From an uncultured Chloroflexia bacterium (GTDB lineage Bacteria; Chloroflexota; Dehalococcoidia; DSTF01; JALHUB01), in contig OY969814.1 in the NCBI GenBank assembly GCA_963703345.1, forward strand, positions 480,001-544,000: DNA of 64,000 nucleotides, given 5' to 3'. How positions within the stretch are numbered: position 1 is the first letter of the stretch; every line of letters begins with the position of its first letter. Positions 1 to 13,653 of this stretch are shown one piece after another. The translations under genes were made by a program, and so were the position numbers. The notes beneath the pieces are model-generated. The model was given only the letters and a program-made list of their open reading frames with translations. It searched no databases and was not told where the DNA came from.

Positions 1-1
1 C

Positions 2-1114
2 CTCTGCTTCAAGGGAACGGAGCGTCGTCCCACCTCGCGTGAGATCTCGCAGATTGTGGACAGCGTCGGCGGTGTCCTGAACGCGGCCACGGACCGCGAG
101 CTTACCGTCTACTACGGCAAAGTCGCGACGCCGCATTTCGCGATGCTCGGCGACATCCTCAGCGACTTGCTGCGTCATTCCCTGCTCGCGCCGCCAGAGA
201 TGGAGAAGGAACGCGGCGTGATCCTGGAGGAGCTGGCCGCTGTGGCCGACTCGCCGCCGCAGCTTGTCGATCAGCTTATCGACCAGGTGATGTGGCCCGA
301 GCAGCCGCTGGGTCGTGACGTGGGCGGCAGCCGCGAGACGGTGTCGGCGCTGACGCGGGACATGGTGCTGGACTACATGGGAAAGCAGTACGTCGCGGGC
401 AATGCCGTGGTGAGCATAGCCGGCAATGTCAGCCACGGCGACGCACTGGGTCTCGTTGAGCGGGAGATGGGCGATTGGCAGCGTGGACTGCCGGGAGGAT
501 GGTGTCCCGCGTGGAGCCCGGGGGAGGGGCCGCGGCTATCGGTGCTGTACAAAAAGACGGAGCAAGCGCACATCTCGCTCGCCGTCGAAGGGGTGGCGAT
601 GGAGCACCCGGACCGCCCGGCGCTGGACCTTCTGAGTGTGATCCTGGGCGAAGGGATGAGCAGCCGGCTGTTCCTGGAGCTACGCGAGCGCTTAGGCCTC
701 TGCTACGACGTGCACAGCTATACCAGCCACTACCAGGATGCGGGCTCGCTGGCTGTGTACGCTGCGGTCGATCCGAAGAACATCTTTAAGGCGCTAACCG
801 CCTTGATGGGGGAGCTGGCGCGGATTCGCGAGACAGTCGACGAGGAGGAGTTGGCGCGCGCGAAGGAACTTTCCCGAGGGCGGCTTCTTCTCCGCATGGA
901 GGACACACGCAGCGTCTCCGGCTGGACCGGTGTCCAGGAGTTGCTCACGGGGAAGGTGCTGACGGTAGACGAGGTGCTGGAGCGGGTGATGGCGGTGTCG
1001 TCGGCGGACCTGCTGCGGGTCGCAAAGCGGTCACTGCGGCGGGAAGCGTTGGATCTGGCGGTCGTTGGGCCCTTCCGGAGCGACGGCCGTTTTATACCGC
1101 TGCTCGATCTGTGA
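2..1114 (+). CDS. M16 family (pitrilysin-like) zinc peptidase, 5' partial
   Basis: Frame is open from the window edge (LCFKGTERRPTSREISQIV, the segment that follows HxxEH). Contains NAAT..E.T.YY, EKERGVILEE and GEGMSSRLFLELRERLGLCY motifs. Confidence 0.9.
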   Translation, partial: LCFKGTERRPTSREISQIVDSVGGVLNAATDRELTVYYGKVATPHFAMLGDILSDLLRHSLLAPPEMEKERGVILEELAAVADSPPQLVDQLIDQVMWPEQPLGRDVGGSRETVSALTRDMVLDYMGKQYVAGNAVVSIAGNVSHGDALGLVEREMGDWQRGLPGGWCPAWSPGEGPRLSVLYKKTEQAHISLAVEGVAMEHPDRPALDLLSVILGEGMSSRLFLELRERLGLCYDVHSYTSHYQDAGSLAVYAAVDPKNIFKALTALMGELARIRETVDEEELARAKELSRGRLLLRMEDTRSVSGWTGVQELLTGKVLTVDEVLERVMAVSSADLLRVAKRSLRREALDLAVVGPFRSDGRFIPLLDL

Positions 1115-1185
1115 CGAGGGGGTGCCGCAGGTCGCTCTCGACGTGCCGGACCGCTGGATGGATATTGCGTCTAGCGCGCAAGGCG

Positions 1186-1211
1186 GGGCCGCTCGGGTTG
1201 CCGAGCGGCCC
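1186..1211. terminator. GC-rich hairpin between convergent M16 peptidase and groEL
   Basis: GGGCCGCTCGG-GTTG-CCGAGCGGCCC, 11 bp stem with no clear U-tract. Confidence 0.4.
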
Positions 1212-1250
1212 TACCGCGAACTCCATTCCTGGGAAGTTGTCCTCTTCTCC

Positions 1251-3243
<1,993 letters not shown>

Positions 3244-3326
3244 CCGAGGGTCCTCCTTCTCTAGAGACTTGTGGGTCTGGGCCGCGGAGAGGCGAAGGGG
3301 GTACCGGGATCAAGCCTCTCTCGTGG

Positions 3327-3353
3327 TTAGCACTCTCGTTTCGAGAGTGCTAA
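3327..3353. promoter_or_regulatory. CIRCE element (HrcA operator) upstream of groESL
   Basis: TTAGCACTC-TCGTTTCGA-GAGTGCTAA, an exact match to TTAGCACTC-N9-GAGTGCTAA. hrcA is present in the window. Confidence 0.97.
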
Positions 3354-3357
3354 GGCA

Positions 3358-3386
3358 ATATTAGCTCAGTCTGCGACGCGATGCAA
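3358..3386 (-). promoter_or_regulatory. Sigma70-type promoter of groESL
   Basis: Minus strand TTGCAT-17 bp-TAATAT immediately upstream of CIRCE. Confidence 0.7.
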
Positions 3387-3460
3387 CAAGCAGTGGTCCC
3401 TCCTCCTGTTTGTTTTGTTGTTGTGTTTGTTGTTGTAGCCTGTTGCGAAACCCCCGGTTG

Positions 3461-3489
3461 TTGACTTTCTACACGGTAGCGTGTAAGAT
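3461..3489 (+). promoter_or_regulatory. Promoter of the XRE gene with an internal palindromic operator
   Basis: TTGACT-17 bp-TAAGAT with ATG 6 nt downstream. Inverted repeat TACACG-GTAG-CGTGTA at 3470-3485. Confidence 0.7.
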
Positions 3490-3495
3490 GGCGGC

Positions 3496-3753
3496 ATGGC
3501 AAGAAGGAAACGAAAGCCCGCCTGGGACGCCGGTGGTATCCACCAGTTGCGCGATCACCTGGGGCTGACGCAGGCGCAGATGGCGGAAGAGATGGGCACC
3601 CGCCAGCAGACGATAAGCGAGTGGGAGACGGGACAGTACCAACCGCGTGGGGCGTCAGCGCAGCTCCTGACGCTTATCGCCGAGCGCGCCGGCTTCGTCT
3701 ACCAGGCGAAAGGCGCCGACGCCGAGGCCGTCGAAGAGGAGCACGAAGGCTAG
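3496..3753 (+). CDS. XRE/Cro family helix-turn-helix regulator
   Basis: LRDHLGLTQAQMAEEMGTRQQTISEWETG...P. Confidence 0.88.
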   Translation: MARRKRKPAWDAGGIHQLRDHLGLTQAQMAEEMGTRQQTISEWETGQYQPRGASAQLLTLIAERAGFVYQAKGADAEAVEEEHEG

Positions 3754-3754
3754 G

Positions 3755-5221
3755 ATGCCGCTGCTTCTGCGGGAAAGACAGGTCCGCTACGAGGCGCTGC
3801 GGCCGGGGGAGCTGCCGGAGGAAGGGGTGTGTCCGGAAGAGGCGAAGGGCGAAAACGGTCTCCTCCTCGATTTCCCGGCCAGCGCGCCGCAGCTCCATGA
3901 AGAAGAGTTGGTGCGCCTCTGGGAAGGACAGCGCTTTCCCCGCGAGGCGTTTCGTCTGCGTGACGGGCAGGCGCTGCAGATAATCTACCGTGGTCGCCGC
4001 AACCTGTCTGCGGGCCCGGACTTCCTCGGGGCCATCGTCGCCGACGAGCGGGGCCGCTTGCTGAAGGGAGATGTGGAGCTGCACGTCCGCTCCAGCGCCT
4101 TCGTCGCGCACGGTCATCACCTTGACCCGCGCTACGACAACCTCATCCTCCACGTCGTCTTCCACGACGACGCCGGCGCTCCCACGTTGCTCCGCTGCGG
4201 CCGCCGCGTCGCCGTCGTCGCCCTTGCCCCATGGGTGGCGCGCCGGGCCGAGGAGCTCCGGCTCTGGCTGGCCCAGCCGTCCGCCTGGTCGGAGCCCTGT
4301 CGCAGCGCCGTCGTCCGAGAGGGCTGGCCGGAGGTGAGGGCTCTCCTGGAGCGGCTGGGGCAGATGCGCTTTCGTCAGAAGCAGGCCCGCTTTGCCGTCG
4401 CTCTCCGGCGCGAAGGCGCCAATCAGGCGCTCTATGAAGGACTGCTGCGGGCGCTGGGCTACAGCAAGAACCAGGAGGCCTTCTCTCGTCTCGCCCGGGC
4501 CGTTCCCTACGAAGAGCTGCGCCGTATTCTTGACCACGAGGGCCAGATGGCAGCCGAGGCCCTGCTCCTCGGCATGGCCGGCCTTCTGCCCAGCCAGCGC
4601 CGCCTGAGGGCGGCCGGCTTGCCCTATGTCTTGCGTCTGGAGGAGCTCTGGGCGCGCCAACGCCTCGAGCCGCTGTCGCCGGAGCTGTGGCAGTTGAGCG
4701 GCCTGCGTCCGAACAACCTGCCTGCGCGCCGCCTGGCCGGCTTCGTGCGCCTCCTCTCGCGCTGGCCCAGCCTTGTCTCCGGTCTCTCTGCCCTGGAGGA
4801 AGCGGACCGCGCTCCCGTCTCGCGCCTGCTCGCCGCCTGGCAGGTGCCGGCGGAGGGCTTCTGGCGCAGCCATCACGACCTCGCGGGCGGGAGCGTTTCC
4901 CCTGCCGGCGCCCTGATCGGCCGGGCCAGAGCGCTGGAGATGCTCATCAACGTCGTGCTTCCGTTCGCCGCTGCCTGGGGCGAGACCCGCTCCCTCGACG
5001 GCCTCTCGCGGCAGGCGCGGGCGGTCTTTCTGCGCCTACCCTCGGCCGGCTCCTACGGTGGTACGCGCTTCCTGGAATCGACTTTCCGGCCGCTTCCCGG
5101 CTCAGACCGCGGCTGTGGCGGCGCCTGCCTTCAACAGGGGCGCCTTTATCTCTATCAGCAGTACTGCGCCGCCGGAGAGTGCGCCATCTGTCCGGCCTCA
5201 GGCGCGGGGCCGTCAGACTAG
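3755..5221 (+). CDS. DUF2851 family protein
   Basis: N..AGPDF, GDVELH.RSS.F.AHGHHLDPRYDNLILHVV, ALGYSKNQEAF, LRPNNLPARRLA and a C-terminal C-x4-CxxCP. Confidence 0.82.
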   Translation: MPLLLRERQVRYEALRPGELPEEGVCPEEAKGENGLLLDFPASAPQLHEEELVRLWEGQRFPREAFRLRDGQALQIIYRGRRNLSAGPDFLGAIVADERGRLLKGDVELHVRSSAFVAHGHHLDPRYDNLILHVVFHDDAGAPTLLRCGRRVAVVALAPWVARRAEELRLWLAQPSAWSEPCRSAVVREGWPEVRALLERLGQMRFRQKQARFAVALRREGANQALYEGLLRALGYSKNQEAFSRLARAVPYEELRRILDHEGQMAAEALLLGMAGLLPSQRRLRAAGLPYVLRLEELWARQRLEPLSPELWQLSGLRPNNLPARRLAGFVRLLSRWPSLVSGLSALEEADRAPVSRLLAAWQVPAEGFWRSHHDLAGGSVSPAGALIGRARALEMLINVVLPFAAAWGETRSLDGLSRQARAVFLRLPSAGSYGGTRFLESTFRPLPGSDRGCGGACLQQGRLYLYQQYCAAGECAICPASGAGPSD

Positions 5222-5236
5222 GCGAAGGGGAGGGCG

Positions 5237-5630
5237 ATGCCCTGGTGGGCCTGGCTGTTGGCGGGGCTGATAACCGCGGCGATGTCGCTGACGGGAGCCG
5301 GATTCCTGCTGCGACGCCCGTTGGGACGACTGCGACAGGACCCCCTCGCCCGACGAATTGCCGCTCTGTCGCTGGGAGCGAAGGCAAGGCTGGTGGGGCG
5401 CCTTCTTCGGGACGGACGCATGCCCTGGTGGGCGAAGGCGCTGTTGCCCGCGCTGGCGCTCTACCTGGCCATGCCTTTCGACCTGATTCCGGACTTCATC
5501 CCGGTTGTCGGTTATCTGGACGACCTGCTCCTCCTGCTGCTGGTCGTCTGGTTGCTCAGGCGCGCGCTGCCAGGCGAGATCTTCGAGGAAAACTTGAGAG
5601 CGCTGGAGGACGCCCGCAGCGACGGGACGA

Positions 5631-5659
<29 letters not shown>
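5237..5659 (+). CDS. DUF1232/YkvA family membrane protein
   Basis: [23 protein letters not shown] motif. Confidence 0.88.
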
Positions 5660-6647
<988 letters not shown>

Positions 6648-6658
6648 CGACTGCGTCT

Positions 6659-8749
6659 TCAGGGGTTAGCGTCTTGCGGGCCGGTCGTGGACGGAAGGCC
6701 GGCGACGAAGAGGGAATCGCCGTTGAGAACGTAGAGGCGAGCGGTCACTTCGTCGACGGCCACAGCCTGCGGGTCGGTCAGTTGGCTGCTGACGAACTGG
6801 CGCTGGAAACGGCCGTCGCCGCTGAAGAGGACGATGCGCTTGTTACCCCGGTCCACCACCAGCAGTCCGCCGTCGGACAGCGGCAGCAACGACGCCGCGG
6901 AGGTCAGCGGCCTGTCCAGTCCCGCCATATCGAAGGCGACCTCTTGTCCGGCGGAGAAGCGGCGTATGCGCCCGTCTTCGCCGAGAACGTAGATGTCGCC
7001 GTTCACCGCCAGCCCGGTCGCGCCGGAGAGGTCGGACCCTTCGAGCGAAGCCTTCGGCTCCCGTGCCGTGCCGTCTTCGGCCGCCGGATAGTGCCACACC
7101 TGGCCGCTCTGCTTGTCGAGGACGTAGAGGCCATCGTCGCCGGCCGAGAGGCTGTCAAGAGAACGCCATTCGCCGTCGCCGCCCAGCGTGAGCGGCCGTG
7201 GCTCGGCGTCAGGGCGCAGTGAGAAGAGTTGGTGCTCGCTGTCGAGGACGAGCAAGCTGCCGCCGTCGACATCCGGCAGCCAGGCGATCTGGGCGGGCGT
7301 GGCTGCCTTCACCATTCCGACGAGGTCGCCTTCGTGCAGCACTTCCTTCGTCTCGCCTTCCGGAGCGCTCAGCTTGACCGAGACGACCCGGTTCTTCTTG
7401 GCGTCAAGGAGATATGCCTGCCCACCCCCGACGACGAGCTGCTGGAGCGCGAGGTCGCCCGTGAGCTGCGTCTTCAAGTCGGCGAGCAGCCGCAGGTCGG
7501 TGAGCTCCTGGACGCCGTTCATCGTCGCCACGGCCGCGGCCACTTCGCTTTTCAAGCTGAGAAGCCCGACATCGCCGGCGCGAATGCCCTCGGCCTCGGC
7601 CACGCTGCTGCTCGCCTCGTTGAGTAGACGGCGCTGCTCCGACGGGTCGGAGGCGGAAACCGAGGAGTTGTAGTCATTCCTGGCCGTCGTCAGCAGGGAG
7701 TCGAACTTCTGGTCGCGCGTCCCCTGGATCGAGCTGGGCATCACCCACCAGGCAAGCAGCCCGATGACGAAGACGAGGAGAGCGGCCGGCAGCAGCCAGA
7801 CGGGGAATCGTTTCGTGAGGCGGCTCACCGGCGCCGGCCCGTTGTGACGAAGCCCCGGCTGCGAAGCCCTCAACCGCACCGTCTGACGACCGGGCTCCGG
7901 CGCGCCGACGGCTACCGGCGCCAGCTCCAGGGGCGACAGCAGATGGAAGTCCGTTTCGTTGTCCTCTTCGTATGGCTCCGGCTCGCGGCGAAGAGATGAC
8001 GGCGGCGAGGGATCGGCAGCCGGCGAGACGGCGATGGGCGCTGCCTCTGCGGGCAGGCAGGCCGGCGCGGTTTCCCTCACTCCAGCCTCCTCTTCCGCCT
8101 CGAAGCAGCTCAGGAGGAATACGGAGAAGTCCGGTTGGTCGCGGGTGAGGAGATAGAGCTCGGAGAGCGTCTCTTCCGCGTCCAGCGCCAGCAGCGAGCG
8201 AACGTGCTCATCGTCGACAACTTCGGCCAGCGCCGGCGAAGAGACGAGGAGGAGGTCGCCGGGCGAGAGCTCGTAACGCCGCAGTTGCGGCCGCAGCTCG
8301 TCGCCGAGGCCGAGAGTGACGGCGGCCTGCGGGTCTTCGGCGATGAGGCGGGTAACCGAGTCCTCATGGCGGAAGTAGGCCAGGCTGGGTCCGGCCTGGG
8401 CGAGATAAGCGACCGTCCCGCGAAGGACAAGACAACTCAGGCCCGCGCCTACCTGGTGCTCGCGCAGGCTGCGGCGGTTCCAGTCGCGCAGGTTCTCGTG
8501 GGCGGCGCTTATCGCCTTCGTCAGGGCGCCGGTTATAGAGAGGTTCTGCCGCTCGAAGAGGTGGCCGACGACGGCGACGAGCTGGCCGCAGAACTCCTCG
8601 CTGCCGGGAAGGGCGGGCTGCGCCAGGACGTAGAGGTCGATGGGTTCTTCGCCGGAGGGATTAAGGCTGAACTTCCCTTGCCAGGGTCCGGCTTGCTGCG
8701 CCTGACCCCGCACGATGCCGAACTGCCCCACCCAGGTCCTGACAGCCAT
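6659..8749 (-). CDS. Membrane protein: degenerate PP2C/SpoIIE-like N-domain, one TM helix, NHL-like beta-propeller
   Basis: [12 protein letters not shown] and [12 protein letters not shown] resemble PP2C strands. [20 protein letters not shown]. Repeated LYVLD/LLVVD..NKRI blades. Confidence 0.65.
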   Translation of the reverse strand: MAVRTWVGQFGIVRGQAQQAGPWQGKFSLNPSGEEPIDLYVLAQPALPGSEEFCGQLVAVVGHLFERQNLSITGALTKAISAAHENLRDWNRRSLREHQVGAGLSCLVLRGTVAYLAQAGPSLAYFRHEDSVTRLIAEDPQAAVTLGLGDELRPQLRRYELSPGDLLLVSSPALAEVVDDEHVRSLLALDAEETLSELYLLTRDQPDFSVFLLSCFEAEEEAGVRETAPACLPAEAAPIAVSPAADPSPPSSLRREPEPYEEDNETDFHLLSPLELAPVAVGAPEPGRQTVRLRASQPGLRHNGPAPVSRLTKRFPVWLLPAALLVFVIGLLAWWVMPSSIQGTRDQKFDSLLTTARNDYNSSVSASDPSEQRRLLNEASSSVAEAEGIRAGDVGLLSLKSEVAAAVATMNGVQELTDLRLLADLKTQLTGDLALQQLVVGGGQAYLLDAKKNRVVSVKLSAPEGETKEVLHEGDLVGMVKAATPAQIAWLPDVDGGSLLVLDSEHQLFSLRPDAEPRPLTLGGDGEWRSLDSLSAGDDGLYVLDKQSGQVWHYPAAEDGTAREPKASLEGSDLSGATGLAVNGDIYVLGEDGRIRRFSAGQEVAFDMAGLDRPLTSAASLLPLSDGGLLVVDRGNKRIVLFSGDGRFQRQFVSSQLTDPQAVAVDEVTARLYVLNGDSLFVAGLPSTTGPQDANP

Positions 8750-9067
8750 CGGTTGCAGATTATACCATCATTTCCCGCGGTACAAGGCGGGAGGCAGCAT
8801 TTTCTTGCCCTGTCGACGCCATTTTCCGACTTGCCACGAGGCGCCGGCCTGCCGTCAAGTGTCCCCCTGAAGAACTGCCAGCTTATTGCGTGGCGTCCGT
8901 TCGCCATGCTATTATGCCGGTTGCTGTGTCTTTCGGTCGCTGCGGCCTGCGGCACCTTCGACTCCACGTACTGAAGCTGTCAAGGACGCTGTTTGCCGCC
9001 TCGACCGTTCGCCGTCGCGAATAGGGGCCCCGCTGCGATGGTGGGGCAGCATGGAAAGGGGGGATTG

Positions 9068-9547
9068 ATGCACGTTACAATCGACGGGTACGGCGGTGAC
9101 CCCCAGAAGCTGGCCGACGAGAACCTGGTGCGCGCGTTCTTGGACCTCTGCCCTTCGGCTATCGGGATGACCAAGATCGCGCCACCTTACGTTTGCCGCT
9201 ACGTTGGGGCGAAGCCGGAAGACTGGGGCGTATCGGGCTTCGTCCTCATCGCTGAAAGCCACATCTCTGCCCACACCTTCCCCGACCACGGCTACATCTG
9301 GGTGGACGTCTTCTCCTGCAAGAGCTTCAACGCCGAGCAGGCCATCGACGAAATACGGCAGCGATTCCAGCTCAGCGATTGGCGCGTCCACACCCTGCTG
9401 CGCGGCCTGGAGTTTCCGCACAGCGTGACGGAAGCCCTGCCGCTTGCCAACTCGGAACGCCATCGGGTCGCCGACTCCCTGCAGGACCTGTCTGACCGCA
9501 GGCGAAGCGTGGGGGCCAACGCGGCCCGCCCCTTGTTACCATCCTGA
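9068..9547 (+). CDS. speD: Pyruvoyl-dependent decarboxylase, AdoMetDC (SpeD/SpeH) fold
   Basis: [20 protein letters not shown] self-cleavage motif and DVFSC. ATG at 9068 after GGAAAGGGGGG. Substrate uncertain. Confidence 0.85.
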   Translation: MHVTIDGYGGDPQKLADENLVRAFLDLCPSAIGMTKIAPPYVCRYVGAKPEDWGVSGFVLIAESHISAHTFPDHGYIWVDVFSCKSFNAEQAIDEIRQRFQLSDWRVHTLLRGLEFPHSVTEALPLANSERHRVADSLQDLSDRRRSVGANAARPLLPS

Positions 9548-9576
9548 CGGCTGCTCATCTCCCGGGAGACTCGCTC

Positions 9577-10629
9577 GTGGACGACCTCTTCCATTCTCGC
9601 GTCCGGCCGTTCTCCGTCGGCTGTCCCATGACCGCGGCGCAGCTTCTCGACGCTATGGGCGGCACGGCCTTCCAGGCGCGCAACCTGGCGGACGCCGCGC
9701 GCATCTGGTCGCGCATGCTCGAGGACGACGTCGTCATCATGTTCGGGCTGGCCGGCGCGATGGTGCCGGGAGGAATGCGGAAGCTCGTCGCCTATCTGAT
9801 CGAGAACCGGCTGATCGACGTCCTAGTGAGCACGGGCGCCAACCTGTTTCACGACGTCTACGAGACGCTGGGCAAGCCGCACTATCAGGGAAGCGCCGAG
9901 TGCGACGACCACGAGCTCGGCCGCCGCCGCATCAATCGCTTCTACGACGTGCTGGCCCCTGAGGCCGATTTCTCCGCCGCCGAAGAGTTCATCACCCAGT
10001 TCTCGTTCACCCTTGATGGCTCGCGCCCCTACAGCACCCGCGAGTACTTCCAGCTTCTCGGCGAGGCGCTCCTGCCGGTGGCGCAGGAGGAAGGCATCCT
10101 TACCGCCGCTGCCCGTCGCGGCCTGCCGGTCTATTCGCCCGCCCTCGGCGACAGCGTCCACGGCCTGGCGATAGCCGTTGGACGCGTGCGCAGCGCCCGT
10201 TCCGGCCAAACGCGCCCGCCCGTCCTCTTCGATATCATCGGCGACGTGCTGGAGACTGCGCACATCGCCGCCACCGCGCCGGCGACCGGCGTTATCTACG
10301 TCGGCGGGGGCACGCCGAAGAACTTCATCCAGCAGGCGGAGGTCGGCGGCTACATCTTCCGGCGGGAGCTTCCCGGCCACAAGTACGCCATTCAGGTGAC
10401 GATGGACCAGCCGCAGTGGGGCGGCCTGTCCGGCTGCACGTTCGAAGAGGCGCAGTCCTGGCGCAAGATCGCATCCGATGCGACGATGGTGACCGTGAAC
10501 GTGGAGGCGACCGTCGCGCTGCCGCTCATCGTCAGCGCCCTGGTCGAGAGCAGCGCCGCGATCATCGAGAAGCGCCGCCCGCCGGCGATCAGCTTCGACG
10601 GCATGCTCGGCGCCTGGCGCGAAGGGTGA
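9577..10629 (+). CDS. Deoxyhypusine synthase-like protein (SpeY-like)
   Basis: LVSTGANLFHD, RINRFYD, GGGTPKNF, WGGLSGCTFEEAQSWRK with the catalytic Lys position retained. Confidence 0.9.
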   Translation: MDDLFHSRVRPFSVGCPMTAAQLLDAMGGTAFQARNLADAARIWSRMLEDDVVIMFGLAGAMVPGGMRKLVAYLIENRLIDVLVSTGANLFHDVYETLGKPHYQGSAECDDHELGRRRINRFYDVLAPEADFSAAEEFITQFSFTLDGSRPYSTREYFQLLGEALLPVAQEEGILTAAARRGLPVYSPALGDSVHGLAIAVGRVRSARSGQTRPPVLFDIIGDVLETAHIAATAPATGVIYVGGGTPKNFIQQAEVGGYIFRRELPGHKYAIQVTMDQPQWGGLSGCTFEEAQSWRKIASDATMVTVNVEATVALPLIVSALVESSAAIIEKRRPPAISFDGMLGAWREG

Positions 10630-10637
10630 GCGCGACG

Positions 10638-11519
10638 ATGCGGAAGGAGTTATTCTACCCGCCGTTCGGCTTCCTCGCGCCCGAGCCCGACTTCACTGCT
10701 TTCGAGACCGCCCGCGTCGCCGTCCTGCCCGTGCCCTATGACGCCACAACGACGGCCCGCGCCGGCGCCCGCAACGGTCCAGCCGCCATCATCCATGCCT
10801 CGCAGGACCTGGAGCCGTACGACTTGACCATGGGCTTCGATACCACACGTCACGGCATTCACACCCTGCCGGAGCTGGCGCCTCACAGCGGCAGCCCGGA
10901 CGCGATGGTCGCCAGAGTCGAAGCGGCTGTGAGCGACCTCCTGGCGGCCGGCAAGTTCGTCGTGACGCTCGGCGGCGAGCATACCGTCGCGGTGGGCGCC
11001 GTGCGCGCTCACGCCCGTCGCTATCCCGACCTCTCGGTGCTCGCCATCGACGCTCATGCTGACTTGCGCGACACGTACCTGGACTCGTCGTACAACCACG
11101 CCTGCGTATTGCGGCGTGTCGTCGAGACCTGTCCCGTCGTTATGGTGGGCATGCGGAGCGTTAGCGCCGACCAGGTCGAGTTCATCCGCGAGCGCGGCTT
11201 GACGTTCCTCACCCCCGCGGCCTATCGTGCCCTCCCCGACGGGCCCGGCGAAGTCGCCCGGCATCTGTCACCGAACGTTTATGTCGACATCGACCTCGAC
11301 GGCATCGACCCGGCGCAGATGGCGGCGGTGGGCACGCCGGAGCCGGGCGGCCTCTTCTGGGATGAAGTGATCGCGCTCCTGACGGGGCTGGCCGTGACGA
11401 AGAGGATCGTCGGCTGCGACCTGACGGAGCTGGCGCCCGACCTGGGTCCGCCGGCCTGCGCGACGCTGGCCGCGAGGCTCGCGCAGCGGCTCATCGGCCT
11501 GGCGTTGGGGCCGCCTTAG
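10638..11519 (+). CDS. speB: Agmatinase (ureohydrolase family)
   Basis: PYDATT..GARNGP, LGGEHT, DAHADLRD, DIDLDGIDP..GTPEPGG. Confidence 0.9.
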   Translation: MRKELFYPPFGFLAPEPDFTAFETARVAVLPVPYDATTTARAGARNGPAAIIHASQDLEPYDLTMGFDTTRHGIHTLPELAPHSGSPDAMVARVEAAVSDLLAAGKFVVTLGGEHTVAVGAVRAHARRYPDLSVLAIDAHADLRDTYLDSSYNHACVLRRVVETCPVVMVGMRSVSADQVEFIRERGLTFLTPAAYRALPDGPGEVARHLSPNVYVDIDLDGIDPAQMAAVGTPEPGGLFWDEVIALLTGLAVTKRIVGCDLTELAPDLGPPACATLAARLAQRLIGLALGPP

Positions 11520-12001
11520 CTTACGGCGCCCTTCGCTTCTTCCTTCATTGCCCGCAACTGCTCCAGGTGGCCTTCGGTGTGGGCGATCATGAGCTCCATG
11601 CCTGTCCGAATCGTACGCGGGCCGTGCTCTGGATGGATTCCGGCGCGCTCCCAGTCGCTCGGCGCCAGCGACGACAGTTGCCCCGCGATCTCCTGTCGAT
11701 TACGCTTGAAATCGGCGAGGACGGCGGCGAGATCGGCGTCCTGGTAGGCGCGCTCGCGGACGAGCTCTTCCTGCTCGTAGGTCGGCAACGTGGGGTTGTC
11801 CTGGGTCAGCATCAGCGCGAGCCGCCGCCGCCACATTTCCGAGTCGTCGCAGAGGTGGCCGCAGACCTCCTTAATCGACCACTCGTCCTCGGCCGGCCGC
11901 CGCCGCAGCTCTTGCTCCGACAGTCCGGCTACAACCGCGGCCACGCGATCGGGCAGCGTCCTGACCTTCTCGACGATCTCCTCGTTCTCCGACGTCATCA
12001 T
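11516..12001 (-). CDS. DinB family protein
   Basis: RRP..DEWSIKEVCGHL and H..GHLEQL. Confidence 0.85.
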   Translation of the reverse strand: MMTSENEEIVEKVRTLPDRVAAVVAGLSEQELRRRPAEDEWSIKEVCGHLCDDSEMWRRRLALMLTQDNPTLPTYEQEELVRERAYQDADLAAVLADFKRNRQEIAGQLSSLAPSDWERAGIHPEHGPRTIRTGMELMIAHTEGHLEQLRAMKEEAKGAVS

Positions 12002-12012
12002 TTCGCCTCCAA

Positions 12013-12873
12013 CTATCTTTCCAGCGCGCCGAGACGTTCCAGCAGGCCGTCCAACTCCTCGTCGCTGTAGAAGTGAATCGTGATTCGACCGCCGCGCCGT
12101 CCCTTGACTAGGCTGACGCGCGTCCCCAACGAGGCCCGGAGCCGCTCTTCCAGGGCCTCCATTTCGACGTTGTGGGGCCTTTCCCGTCGCGCCGCCTTTT
12201 CGCCGCCGACCGGCCAGGTGCGCACCATCTCTTCCGTCTGCCGCACCGACAGCCCCTTCTGCACCACCCGCTCCCAGGCCTGCCGCCGGCACTCCTCGGG
12301 CAGGCTGAGAATGGCGCGGGCGTGGCCCTCGCTAATCTCGTCGCGCGCCAGGCTTGCCCGCAGTTCTTCGCTGAGATTCAGTAGACGCAATGCGTTCGCC
12401 ACCGCCGAGCGGCTGCGGCCGACCCGCGTCGATACCTCCGTCTGGGTCAGGCCGAACTCCTCCAGCAGCCGCCGATAGGCCTGCGCCTCCTCCAGCGCGT
12501 TCAGGTCCTGGCGCATCAGGTTCTCGACCAGCGCCAGCTCCAGCCCCTGCCGCGGCGTCGTTTCCTTGATGACGACCGGCACCTGCGTCAGTCCGGCCAG
12601 CTTCGCCGCCTCGAGTCGGCGCGCGCCCGCGATGACCTGGTACGTCGGCGCCCCGGAATCGCTGTCCATTCGGCTAACGAGCAGCGGCTGAAGGACGCCG
12701 TGCTGCCGAACGCTTTCCGCCAGGTCCTGCAGCGTCGCCTCGTTCATCTCGAAGCGCGGCTGGAAAGGATTAGAGACGATAAGATCGATGTCTACGGACT
12801 CCGGCGGCGCCGACGCTATGTCGGGAATGAGCGCACCGAGCCCTCTGCCGAGTCCTGTCTTTGCCCTTGCCAT
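12013..12873 (-). CDS. parB: Chromosome partitioning protein ParB
   Basis: GLGRGLGALIP, NPFQPR, GVLQPLLV, IAGARR, ALVENL.RQDLN and an HTH. Confidence 0.96.
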   Translation of the reverse strand: MARAKTGLGRGLGALIPDIASAPPESVDIDLIVSNPFQPRFEMNEATLQDLAESVRQHGVLQPLLVSRMDSDSGAPTYQVIAGARRLEAAKLAGLTQVPVVIKETTPRQGLELALVENLMRQDLNALEEAQAYRRLLEEFGLTQTEVSTRVGRSRSAVANALRLLNLSEELRASLARDEISEGHARAILSLPEECRRQAWERVVQKGLSVRQTEEMVRTWPVGGEKAARRERPHNVEMEALEERLRASLGTRVSLVKGRRGGRITIHFYSDEELDGLLERLGALER

Positions 12874-12885
12874 CGGCCTTTCTCC

Positions 12886-13649
<764 letters not shown>

Positions 13650-13653
<4 letters not shown>

